From Vitrella brassicaformis CCMP3155 (Eukaryota > Protista > Chromerida), in contig CDMY01000347.1 in assembly GCA_001179505.1 (NCBI GenBank), positions 248,001-312,000 on the forward strand: a stretch of 64,000 bases of DNA, read 5' to 3'. The notes under the pieces were generated by a model. That model worked only from the letters and a program-made list of their open reading frames with translations. It ran no database searches and was not told the origin of the DNA. Shown piece after piece: positions 1 to 11,469 of the stretch. The first letter of the stretch is position 1, and the number at the start of each line of letters is the position of its first letter. A program made the translations under genes and the position numbers.

Positions 1-75
1 GACAGGCCGGGGCACAGGGCGGGAGAGGCGACAGACGACTTGACTCGCACTGGGCCCTGCCTGTGCTTGTTGCAG

Positions 76-1531
76 CGCCCTTGGTTCCACTGGTGCGGAG
101 CGGGCGAGCTTAGAGTCAAAAGTGGTGAGTGCGGGCCTGTCTGATCTACGCGACACTGGCGGGGATGGATGGATGGATGCTTCATGTGTGCAGGTGCTGC
201 TGGGAGATTCGGGGGTGGGCAAGTCGAGCCTGGCGCTCAGATTCTGCCAGGGTGTGTGAGAAATGATGACTGACGCGAACAGCCAACACAAGCAAAGGAC
301 GACTCTGTGTGTGTGTGTGTGTGTGTTGTGGTGGTGTTTGTGTGTCAGGGAGGTTCTCGCCCTACCACGAAGTCACCATCGGTGAGCTTGCAGCCACACA
401 TGGATAGGCTATCAGATGCACATGTGTCGCTGGTTGGCTGATTGGTTGGTTCGTCCACAGGCGCGGCGTTTCTGCAGCAAATTGTCAGGCTGAAGGATGG
501 TATGATGGCGTGGGAATGGACGCACCGCAAGTGTGCATCTTGTTCATATCACTCTTTTCTGCGCTGATTGGGTCGTTCACGTCACGCAGGGAGCCAGCTG
601 AAGCTGCACATATGGGATACGGGCGGACAGGAACGGTACGCAAAACACTCACGAACAGCCTGCTTACTTGCACGAGACCATGTCGTGAGCTTGCGGGTGG
701 ATGTGTGTCTGCTGCGGCATAGGTTTCGCGCGATGGCACCGCTGTACTATCGGTAAGTGTCCATCCAACACGCGGCGCACACTCTCGACGAGGCGTGTGA
801 TGCTGGTCATCCATGTGTGTGTGTGTGTGTTCCTTTGTTTCTGTTACTGTCAGCGATGCGTGGGGTGCGGTGATTGTCTACGACTGCAGCCACGCCCCGA
901 CATGGGAATCAGTCAAATTCTGGGTGGGTGGGTGTGCATGTGTCTGGGTGTGTTGTGAGTGTGTGTGTGTGTATGTGTTTGTGTGTGTGACGTGTGACGT
1001 CTTAACAGGTGGGTGAGTTGCAGGCCAAGGGCCGCCCCAACTGCTGCATGGCCATCGCGGCCAACAAGTGCGACACGCAGGACTGGCAAGTAGACTCTAA
1101 GGTATGAATGAATGGATGTATGTGGGTTCGATGGTGCCGCCGCGATCCACGAGCATTCCTGTGTGTGTCTGTTTCCATTCCAGGAGGCTCGGGAGTACTG
1201 TGAGAGCAATGACTTCATCTTTGTGGAGTGCTCAGCCAAGGTGGGTGGGCGGGCGGACCAGTGAGCCAACAGTCACGCACTACATATGTGTGCCTGCCTC
1301 TCTGATTGCCTGTCGTCTCTGTCTGTCTGGGCAGACTGGAGAGAACGTCGGCAGGCTATTTGAGCTCCTAGGTACGGAGAGAGGCATCCATTACACACAC
1401 GCACGAATGATAATAGATAGATCTGTCGATGTGTGTGGATGTGATGTGTGTGGACGCATGTACGTGTTTATGTGATCCCTCCATCAGCCAACAAGGTGTA
1501 CCAGCAGATGCTCAAAGGCGACCCCAGATAG
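76..1531 (+). CDS. RAB5B: Rab5b-type small GTPase, multi-exon, 5' end outside the window
   Basis: Spliced exons give SLESKV|VLLGDSGVGKSSLALRFCQG|RFSPYHEVTIG|AAFLQQ..|LHIWDTGGQER|FRAMAPLYYR|DAWGAVIVYD..|..AANKCD..|..ECSAK|TGENV..|ANKVYQQMLKGDPR*. G1-G5 motifs are all present. It closely resembles apicomplexan Rab5b as I recall it. TAG stop at 1529-1531. Confidence 0.9.
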
Positions 1532-2073
1532 ATGAGAAACGGCCAGGCAGCCAGCCAGCCAGGATCTAAGGACTCTAGCTGTCGGTGTGGTGGTGGTGTA
1601 CAGTACCAATCAATAACACGCGATCGCACACACTTCTATTGACTAACTCACACGATGGTACACGCAGAAAGCAGAACACTTGGCTGGCCACTGCCCTTTT
1701 TGAGACCGACCGCATTGACCACCTACCTCTGTTTAGCGTTGCATACATAAACATGCATCCGTGTGTTTCTGTGGGTCTGTGGGTCTCTCTCTCTCTGATT
1801 GGCATGTCGCGACACTTTCCCCCACACTCAATGTACAGCTGTGTTTCTTGGAGGTGAGCAGCCCCAGACTCAGCCAACACGTACATCCACACCACACATG
1901 AATGATGCTCGGTGCTTAAGGACAGAGAGAGAGAGAGAGGCAGACGGAGAGGGAGGGAGGGAGGGAGGGGCATGCAGCACCAAGAGACGATGGGCCCATC
2001 CATCCATCCATCCATCCCATGTAAGGCAGCCCGATAGACAGCGCATGTGTGTGGTTATAGCGCTGCATGCATA

Positions 2074-2415
2074 TCATTTCTCCGCCTCCTGTGGCTCCCG
2101 TTTGACCGTCACGTCCGCGGCAGCGGTCAGGTCAATCACCTCGGGCTGCTTCCCCTTCATCTGCCGGCGATACCGCCGCATCTTCCCCCACGCCTGCCGG
2201 GCCAGCTGCCGGGCCTTGACCTTCTCCAGCGCCTGCAGGGGACAGAGACATGCGTACTTACATGCAGTTGGTTGCAGCGCCCAGTGGCATCCACTCACCT
2301 TGGTGATGCGCTTGTCCAGGCACCCAACCTGCTTCATGTACTTGTGAAAGTTGCTCTGCTCCATCCAGCATCGGATGTCAGGCGTCCCAATGAGGCCCCT
2401 GCTACGACGCCCCAT
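2074..2415 (-). CDS. Small basic hypothetical protein (about 90 aa, 2 exons) with a C-terminal SIM-like VIDLT and a VKRE motif
   Basis: MGRRSRGLIG...KRITK|ALEKVKARQ...EVIDLTAAADVTVKREPQEAEK*. A clean GTGAGT donor (~2299) and CTGCAG acceptor (~2234) keep the frame. Confidence 0.6.
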   Translation of the reverse strand: MGRRSRGLIGTPDIRCWMEQSNFHKYMKQVGCLDKRITKVSGCHWALQPTACKYACLCPLQALEKVKARQLARQAWGKMRRYRRQMKGKQPEVIDLTAAADVTVKREPQEAEK

Positions 2416-2487
2416 CGCAGCAACCGCCTCAATCACCACCACCTCGACCGAGACGGCCAGGGGGCAAAAGCAACAGCTCGCTTCGTC

Positions 2488-3781
2488 ATGGGTGGCTGTT
2501 TGTCGAAAAAATGCTGGCGCGGTAGTGCCGGTGCACATCTGGTGCCTGATGGCGCATCTGCTGCATACGGGCCCCCTCGAGACGGCGGTAGAGACGAGGC
2601 CCCAACTGGCGGCAAACCTCTCTGGGCAGCGACTGACGAGGACTCCCTCAGAGGCCTGGCGGTCACCAAAGACGACCAATGGCTGCGGACGTTCGTCGGC
2701 GCAGCCAGTGGCAGCATTCTGCAGTACGCCTACCCGACAACTGGAAGATCCGGCGATGAGTGGCGCTCGCCGCAGCGGTCGAGGGCGCATGAGAAGGCCA
2801 TTCGGTGTCTTGCACTCAACTGCTCTCCGTCTGACGCTGCTGGGGCCGGCCAGATCCTCGCCTCTGCAAGTGCCGATGCGACAGTGAAGCTACATCGGCT
2901 TTCGGATGGCGATGGCCGTGGTGGCGCTTTCTTGTCCCTCGATGAGTGTCGCACCCTCACGGGCCACTCATTTGCCGTCACTTCTCTGGCTTTTGGCGGC
3001 CAACAGAGCGAGTGGCTCGTGTCTGGCGGGAGGGACTGCACCATGCGGCTGTGGGACGTGGAGGCAGGCAGGTGCGTCTGCACACAGTACGTCCCGCAGA
3101 ACATCGTCCTCGCCTGTCGCACACTGCCAACAGCGCCATCGGCCCTCTCTGTCGACCCACTCGGCGGCTTCTGCGTCGCCCAGTGTGGTGAGGACCTCCG
3201 GCTTCGTCTGTGGGTGTGCAGCACCGCACGGCAGAGCATGTCATGTGTGGAGTCTGTCAGTGTTGGGACCGACCAGCCTGTGTGCTGTGCGATCGGGACG
3301 GGCGCGGCGGCCAACATGCTGGCTGTTGGCACAAAGGGCTTCTCGAGAGGGCAGTGCAGACTGAGTGGCTACGACCTGCGGGCACTCGGTAAAGGTCAGT
3401 CAGAGAAGGGGAAAGAAACCAGAACATCCCACAGAGAGAGACACGTGACGTGAAATGGTATGTTCAGGTGCAGTGTGGGAGCACGCTGACATGTTCGAGC
3501 ACTCTGTGGAGGATGTCACGGCGGCACAGGTGTCTCCCGTCAGCACCAACCTGACGGCATGCATCGCCACGGCAAAGGACGGACAGATAGTGGCGGCCGA
3601 GCTGGCCAGTGGGTGTGTGCTGTGGCGGGAGACATGCCACACCGTGCCATGGACAGGGTGCTGCATGGCTGGGGGCTCTTTCGTGTCGCTGTCGCAGAGC
3701 CATGTGTGGCTGTGGGAATGGGAAAGACTGAGGGAGGCGCCGCAGCTCGTTACGAGGACGCCGGGGGCTCTCATGATGTGA
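2488..3781 (+). CDS. WDR31: WD40-repeat protein, WDR31-like, with N-terminal MGGCLSKK acylation motif
   Basis: WD repeats GHSFAVTSLAF..SGGRDCTMRLWD and CGEDLRLRLW; KGFSRGQCRLSGYDLR resembles WDR31. A phase-1 intron (~3395-3467) joins the last exon. Orthology is recalled similarity, not a search result. Confidence 0.7.
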
Positions 3782-4206
3782 ATGTGTGTTGTGTGTGTCT
3801 ATGCGGATCATGGGTCTCTGGTATCTGATTGAATTCATTAGTGTGCGCACCGGATGAAGGATTGACTGATAAACGTCAGATCGATAAAGGCGGTCTCACT
3901 GCACTCACTGACACACGCAACGACACGACACAACACAGTGCATGTCACTCTCTGACGCTTTCTGCATGGCATGGACACACCCAGGTCAACCATCGTTCGT
4001 CGCAGATATGGCCAGCCGCACAGCCATCTACTTGTTGGTTGTTCTGTATAGACACACAAAATGCCAACCATGACGGACGAAAAAAGCCGGGCACGTCGAC
4101 AGGACACGGGCAAAAGCATGGACACTCACCGAACCGCCCACTCACCCACCCCCTCACAAAACAGCGCCCACCCAGTGGCACCCACCACACACCCACCCAT
4201 CTACTT

Positions 4207-6909
4207 CTACGCGTCTCTGCGTGTATCCCTGACGCTCACATCCGCGAACCTCCGTGCCGTGCTGTCAATATTCCTCGTGATAGCATCCACATACGCCCAC
4301 GCCGACCGGTCCTCCTCCCGCCGCCACCAGCTATGGACCACACTCGTCTCGTTGGCGCGGATCGCAACGTTAGGCACAACACTGGCCGCCACAAGATCCC
4401 CCGACCCACCCACACCCCCACCGCCACCCTCGTCAGCCGTCGGCTCCTCGGCATCGATCTCCTTGTAGTGGTGCAGCCGGGCCACCGTCCCCCTCACCTC
4501 CACCAGCCGATAGTGCGTGGACGGATCCCAGTCTGGCGGGAGGGAGAGGGCGTCGGTGGAGGTGCCCCGCTGCGCCTCCTGGATGAAGTGGCGGAGGAGG
4601 CACAGCCGGTCGGCGCCTCGCTTGCTGTCCAGGAGGGTGAGGAAGTCGCCTGTGCGGTTCCTGATGGCCTCGTTGCGCATGGACGCGGAGAAGGAGTCCA
4701 GCGGCCTCTCGCAGTCCTGGAATTGACGCACGAGCTCATCCACATCGCTGGCAGAATCGACTCCCAGCCGCCTCGCCGTGTCGAGCATCGCCGTTTCTCC
4801 CTCTCCCTCGGTGCAGAGTGCCCGCTTGAGAGGCTCGAACGCGTTGCTCACAGCTCTGGGCCAGTCGGCGGGCATCTCGTGGAAATCCTCAGGCTGAACG
4901 TGATGCACAAACGCTGTTTTGAGTCTCCTCGGGCGGACCACCACCTTAGCCCGGCTGTTGGGCCCCCTGGGAGTGCCTGAGCGGATGTGGGTGCTGCTCC
5001 GCTGCAGGCTCCACAACACATCTTGCCAACGCAGTGGGCAGCCGCCCCCCGAGGCACCAGCAGCGGCCGAGTCAAACAGCCGCACCGCCTTGGCACTTGG
5101 GTAGAGAGAGCTGTCCTCATCCCCCGAGATGTTGCAGTCCCTCTGCCGTGGCGCCTGCGAGTCCGCCCCCTCTTCAGTGAAGAAAAAGTGGTTGCGAAAG
5201 ATGAAGGCGCCCGACTCGGGGAAGGCGAGAGACAGATCCATCAGCAGGGAGGGCAGCAGCGGTGGGCTGGCTAGCGCCGCGGCGTCTTGCTGGTCGACAG
5301 CGCGCTTCAGGTACGGGAAGATGGCCTCGTCGAGGTCGGCGTAGAGGAGAAACATGGTGTCGAGGTGCCGCAACCGGCACTCGTTGATCTGCGCCACCTG
5401 CGCGTAGTCCCACACGTCATCGTACGGCCGCACGGGCAGCCGCCACCGCACCACCTCCACCAAACCCTCTTGCTCATACAGGTCCAGCAGCGCCCTCACC
5501 GAAGCGCTGACGGGGAAGTGCGACTCATAGAAAGTGAATAACTCGGCACCGAGGGCACGGAAGGTCTCTACGAACTCGACAATGCGGTCGACGCTGTCCA
5601 TCTCGCCCGTCAGGGGGTTTGGGGATCCCCAATAGGGGCGAACACAGACAGCCAGGGTGCGTCGGTAGGTGGGAGGGGGGCCGCAGGACGGCAGAGGGAT
5701 GGGCGGTGCGGGCACGGTAGACGATGGCCGAAGCAGGGGCCTGACACGATCACCATTACCACAGCATACCCGTGGCAGGCAGCGGATGGGCAAGGCGGCC
5801 GTCTCATGTCTGTGATCAGGTAATTACCTGACAGGGAGTCGCACGCCGAGTCTCCTCCTGAGCATGGTTTGGGCAGCCTCCGCCACCTTGACCTCCCGCC
5901 ACAGCGACACCTTGGTGGGCATGGTGCCGACCAGCTCCCCCTCTGCGGGGTGGGGGCACTCCGACTTTCGGAACAACCGCCCAGCTGATGACGTCCGCAC
6001 CTCTACGTGAAACAGAGGCCTGACAAGACAAGACGACACACACATCGAACTCACTGCTGCACGTAAGTTGGTTGCATCTGAGAGGATGGGCTGGGTGCAC
6101 TGACTGACCTGCACTGGAGAAAGAAGGGGTAGAACTCCTTGTACTGCCCGTCGTAGCGCATCATCTTAACCGTCATGTTGCCCGGCACCCACTCGCCGTC
6201 TACAGGACCCCACGATGGACAGCTGCCCCACCTCTCTGCCGTGGGCGGGTCGCGCGGATACCACAGTGCACAGCGGATGGCTGGCCGCGGCTTGCGGCGC
6301 ACCAACGACACAATGACAACCTGAACAAAGACAAGCGGATCAGATCAGTCGCTGTGAGGCGAAGTTGACTGACGGACTCACCTCAGGCGGAGATGGCACG
6401 TCCCTCACGACCCCCAGGGGCATCTCCCCCAGCTCCCGCCCCTCCGGCCGCCTGTCCATGTCGTCCCACCACGCCGACCGCACCCACGCATCAGTCACGC
6501 CATCCACACGAACCCAATCGTCCTCTGCCAGGGCCTGTCCCATAGACTCATTAGCAGCAGCAGCAGCAGCAGCAGCAGCACTGCTCTTGGCGGCGCGGAG
6601 ATTGCCGTCCGCACGTTTCGTTGCGGCCTTCCGCACCCCTTCATCGATGCTCTCAGCGTCCTGCTCAGCCCACTCCGTCACGCTGGACACAACGGACGCC
6701 AGCCGAAGGGTCTCCATCAGACAGACGACACAGATGGTGAGGACGATGGCGCACGAGATGATACGGAACCTGGCGAGCGACGCGCTGCCACCCTTAGCGA
6801 GTAATGAAGGCGGTAGTCGTTGTGGTCCGTTGTGTGAGCTGCTGCCGAAGCACTCGACCTTCTGCTTGCGCTGAGCGGGGTGGCTGCTGCCTGAGCAGTA
6901 CTCGGGCAT
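4207..6909 (-). CDS. Glycosyltransferase family 92 (DUF23)-like type II membrane protein
   Basis: N-terminal TM (IISCAIVLTICVVCLM) and stem, then LAVCVRPYWG..IVEFVETFRALGAELFTFYE..VEVVRW..QVAQINEC..FLLYADLDE (DxD motif). The long last exon spans ~4207-5665. Confidence 0.75.
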
Positions 6910-7258
6910 CGATGGCTGGCCGGATGAGAGCTGGCGATGACGAGGCCGTCACCCAGGCATTGTCACGAGAGCGGTCCTATGCAGCGAGCGCATTTGAGAC
7001 CCGCAGAGTCGCTGGTTTCTGGCTGCGCCGGTCAATCATACATTCGCACTGTGGAGGCCTTTTGCCTGCAAGCTCAAGTGCAAGCTCGCTGGAATGGAAC
7101 GCTGAGAGAAGCTGAGCTCTCTTTAGAGTGGTCTGCCTCTCTGACGTGCTCCATTTTCTCGAATTTTTGCTGTTGTTTTTCGCCTCTGACTGTGTTGGCT
7201 CGTGGCGCCCGCCTTTTCCCTCCCTCCCTCCTCCTTAATTTCCCCCGTGTGAGTGGCG

Positions 7259-9691
7259 ATGAGCGGCGGCAGCGGGTCGGCAGATCTGCCCTACATCGGA
7301 TCAAAGATCAGCCTCATCACCACAGCAAACATACGATACACTGGTGAGCTGAGCGGGTCAGTCAGGGGATGACGGGGTGGCTTGCTTGACTGCCGTAGAA
7401 TGGTGGTTGGTTTGTTTCGTGTGTGTTGTCTGTCTGTCTGTGCGTTTCTTTCAGGATATCTGCATACGATCAACACTGAGGACTCGACAGTCAAACTCGA
7501 AAATGTCCAGGCGCACGGTAGGGTACACAAAGCCCCACGTGGCGGGGCGGGGCGGCCTGTGTGCAGTGCACTGAGATGGTGTGATGTGGCGTGGCCTTCA
7601 CTCACTCTCCCCTTGTGTGTGTGTGTGTGTGTGTGTGTCATGACATGGCTCTCTCAGGCACTGAGGGTCGCCCTGCGCCCTACTCGGTCCCCCCGAGTGG
7701 GGAGGTATACGCAAACGTCGTATTCAACGGTGGGTGGCTACACAGATCACACACACGCATCTCGCCCTTGCCCCATCTCACCTCACCCACCATCAGGCCG
7801 TGACATCAAGGACCTGACTGTGTGCGACTCGGAGCACTCCCCGACGTCACGCCCAGGGGCAGCCACCTACAGCAACAGACAGCAGCAGCAACGCAACACA
7901 GAACAGCCCACATGGCAGCAGCAGTCGGTGTATGGCAACGTGGCCGGGCCCTCCTCCTCTTCCAGTGGGGGTGGTGGTGGCGGCATGTATCAGCAGCAGC
8001 GGGGCGCAGGCGATGGACGCCCGGCGGCTGCTGCAGCTGCCGCTCGACCCAACGAACCCCGCATCATGCAGGTGGGTGACCCATATAGATGACAACATTC
8101 TCACCCGCTGTCTTTTCTCACCAGTCAGTGTGTTGTGTGTGGCCTGTCTGTCAGCTGGGTGGCGGCAACCAGGGGCCTCTCCTGCATCGCGACAATGCGC
8201 CGGCGTCGCATCACTCGACCACCACAGTGTCGGACGCACCCTACTCACACTCCCCCACAGCTGCTGGCGTGACGCCCGCCATCAGCCGTGCGGGGAGTGC
8301 CAACGCCCAGCACCCACCCATGCCACAGCCGCAGCCACAGCCGCAGCGACCACCACCCGGATACGGAGGATACGCCAACCAGGTGACGAGGACATACAGA
8401 CGATGAGAGTGTCCCACGTCATCTCATGTGTCTGTCTGTCCTGTTTGGACGGTTGCAGGCGCCAGATGGCCCGGGTCCCTTCGCGGCAGCCTACGGCGGC
8501 CGGCCCGTCCCGCCCCCTCCCTCCTACCCATCATACCCAGCACCACCCGCACCATTCGCCTTCGACCAGCCAGCACCAGCACCGGGTGCCGGCCAGCCAC
8601 GGGTGGGGGCGGGCATGCCGGGTGGCGAGGGTGGGAGTGACGTGCCGCTCTTCCCTGTGGGCGAGCTGCCGGCTCAGCCCAACATCTTCACGCGCACCGA
8701 GATGGAGAGCAAGGGCGAGTACGACTTCGAGCGGGAGAACCTCAAGTTCGAGCAGATGCGGGCCAAATCGGACGTCAAACGTACGTCGGGCGGGGCCAGA
8801 GGAGCACGCACACACACAGACCCCATCAATCACACAGCGCCACACATGTGTTGTTTGGTCCATGATGCGTTGGTCGATCAGTTGAGGAGACCAACCTGCC
8901 CGAGAGCCGCAGTGCGTCCGGCTCCTATGTGCAGTCGCCCCCTTTCCCGTCGTCCTCGGCGGTAGCAGCGGCAGCGGCGCAAAACCACGCCTCCATGTAC
9001 CCTCACATGGGCCGGGGCGGCCAGGAGACGGTCGCCGACGTGGTGGGCGGTTACTCCAAGACGAGTTTCTTCGATACCATCTCGTGTGAGGCGTCCCAGC
9101 GGACCAGGTTCCCCGACAGCCTGCGGCTCGACAGGAACAAGGAGAGGGTCCTTAATGTGGTCAGTGCATGAGATCAGGCGGCTGGCGGCGAGTGTGTCTG
9201 TACGTCAACAGAGCGTTGTTGTGTGTTGTGTGTTGTGTGTGGGGTGTGTTACAGGAGACCTTCGGCCCGTCTGCGGCGTCGTTGAGCGTGCGGCCATTTT
9301 CGGGCTACGGCTACACGTCCAACCGCAACTACCGCCCCTACGGCCACCAGCAGCCCAGGGGCAGATACGTCTACACCCTACAAACACCACAGGGCATCAA
9401 GTGAGCTAGCTAGTGATAGGGAGAGGTCAACACTACCACCAAACCCTCACGGCAAATTCATCCCACTGTCTGTGTTGCTTTGCCCGTGTCTCACTCAGGC
9501 GATACGGCCCACCTGACTTGGTGGACCGCGCCAATGCTGCCGATTTCCGCAGCCAGAACGCCCCGCCACCTGGCTATGGCCAGCGGGGGCCGCAGTCGCC
9601 CACTGCGGGACCTTTTTCCCAGCCACACCCTGCTGCTGCACCGGCTGCTGCTGCCGGGCTGACGCATTTTCAGAGTGGGGGGATGAATTAA
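7259..9691 (+). CDS. LSM14: LSM14/Scd6/CITH family mRNA-repression and P-body protein
   Basis: Lsm domain YIGSKISLITTANIRYT|GYLHTINTEDSTVKLENV..GTEGRP..DIKDLTVC. FDF-like box (EYDFERENLKF), FFD box (YSKTSFFDTISC) and TFG box (ERVLNV|ETFG). The last exon joins via donor 9401 and acceptor ~9498. Confidence 0.92.
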
Positions 9692-10342
9692 TTCGAGAGG
9701 GTGATGGGACGGCATGGGGGTGTTGTGTTGTGTTGTGTTGTGAGGTATGGGTGTATGGGTGTATGTGTGATGTCTTGTCATCCATCGCTTGTTGATGGAG
9801 AGTGAGTATTGCATTGTGTCGGAGAGGCATGCACATGGTTGCTGTGTGTGGGGGTGTGTGCCTGGGCCTTGTGATAGCATGGGCAGTGGGGCAGTTGGTA
9901 GCCATCATGTTGAGCTACCAGCTGAACCACTGCGGCGAAGGCTTCACAAGGACAGGCCCACACCACACAAACGTGTGCATCACATCAACCACTGATTGCA
10001 AATGAAAGAGATATGCAGCGTCGCTTTGTTGTCTTGTGATGGTGTGGTGTTGGTTGGCGGGTCTGGCGGTCCGTCGGCACACTCCTTTCTCGGCCGTTCG
10101 CAGTGCGTGTCGTTCCCGCTCATACGGAGAACGACACTCATTGCTGACGGGCCAGATGGGACGTGCTGCCCGCCGCAGACCCTCACGTTCAACACACACA
10201 CACAGAAGAAGTGAGAGCAATGGCCGGCCGTTTTAGTCCGTGTGTATGTATGCCTTTCGTACGCGTACGTAAGCAAGGGTCGATCGGATCGCCTGGGCGG
10301 CTGTGTGGGGAGAGAGGGGAGGGAGAGAGGGAGGGAGGAGGG

Positions 10343-10642
10343 NNNNNNNNNNNNNNNNNNNNNNNNNNNNNNNNNNNNNNNNNNNNNNNNNNNNNNNNNN
10401 NNNNNNNNNNNNNNNNNNNNNNNNNNNNNNNNNNNNNNNNNNNNNNNNNNNNNNNNNNNNNNNNNNNNNNNNNNNNNNNNNNNNNNNNNNNNNNNNNNNN
10501 NNNNNNNNNNNNNNNNNNNNNNNNNNNNNNNNNNNNNNNNNNNNNNNNNNNNNNNNNNNNNNNNNNNNNNNNNNNNNNNNNNNNNNNNNNNNNNNNNNNN
10601 NNNNNNNNNNNNNNNNNNNNNNNNNNNNNNNNNNNNNNNNNN
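10343..10642. other. Assembly gap (300 N)
   Basis: Run of N flanked by GA-rich repeats. Confidence 0.99.
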
Positions 10643-11392
10643 AGGGAGGGAGGGGGAGAGATTTGTAGGGCTGACTGACTGGCTGGCTGGGGGGGAATCG
10701 GATCGGTTCATCCACTTCCTATCCACCTGCCTGTTCAACCTTTTTCTGCGTCTGAACGCGTCAGCCAGTGGGTCGGTGCGGTGCGGTGCGGTGGTGCGTG
10801 GCGTTTTGAATGAGTGATTACACATAGGATTACACACACACAGAGAGAGAGAGAGAGATGCATCCACCTATGTATGGTATGCAATGCATCGTGGGTCCCC
10901 ACCTTAACCTTTCTGCCTGCCGATCTGTCAGCAATTTGTCCACTCACTCTCCTCTTTATTGGTCGCCGGCTGGCCGGCCGGCTTTACATACATTTCTCTA
11001 TGCGTGTGCGCGCCCACGGGCGTACGCACGAGTGAATGAATGCACACCTTATTTGTGAGTGTGTGTGTCTGACCGGCTGCCTATCCTTCCGTGGCTTCCT
11101 GTCTGTCTGTCTGTCTGTCTGTGTCAGGTTTTCTCGCTGCTTATCTGTCGGAGGCCTGCATGCTTTGAATTCATCTCATTGAGAGCCCATCTCTGCCTGC
11201 CTGTGTGTGTGTGTGTGGGTATTCCTGTCTGTGTGTCTGTCTGTGGTTGGACAGTGGTGAGTGAATCCATCGGTTTGATCAGTGTATGCCGGTGTGTGTC
11301 TACGTGTGGACAAACAATGCAATGCATCCTGGCATCATTGTTTAAGTGTTTATTCGTGTGGTTCCAACAGTTGAGAAGTTTGCAATGCTGTC

Positions 11393-11451
11393 AGGGTTTA
11401 GGGTTTAGACCTAAACCCTAACCAGGGTTTAGATCTAAACTCTAACCCTAA
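11393..11451. repeat. Interstitial telomere-like (TTTAGGG/CCCTAAA) repeats arranged as two short inverted pairs
   Basis: AGGGTTTAGGGTTTAG-AC-CTAAACCCTAACC followed by AGGGTTTAG-AT-CTAAACTCTAACCCTAA. Confidence 0.85.
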
Positions 11452-11469
11452 CACCAAAAGTCTCTATGG

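Noticed and set aside
9255-9404. Apparent LSM14 stop at 9404
   Set aside because: The GTGAGC donor at 9401 splices in frame to the 9499-9691 exon, so the TGA is intronic, unless the intron is retained.
9700-11390. Short hydrophobic ORFs around the 10343 gap
   Set aside because: The region is dominated by microsatellites and N; long ORFs in the track are artefacts of N translation.
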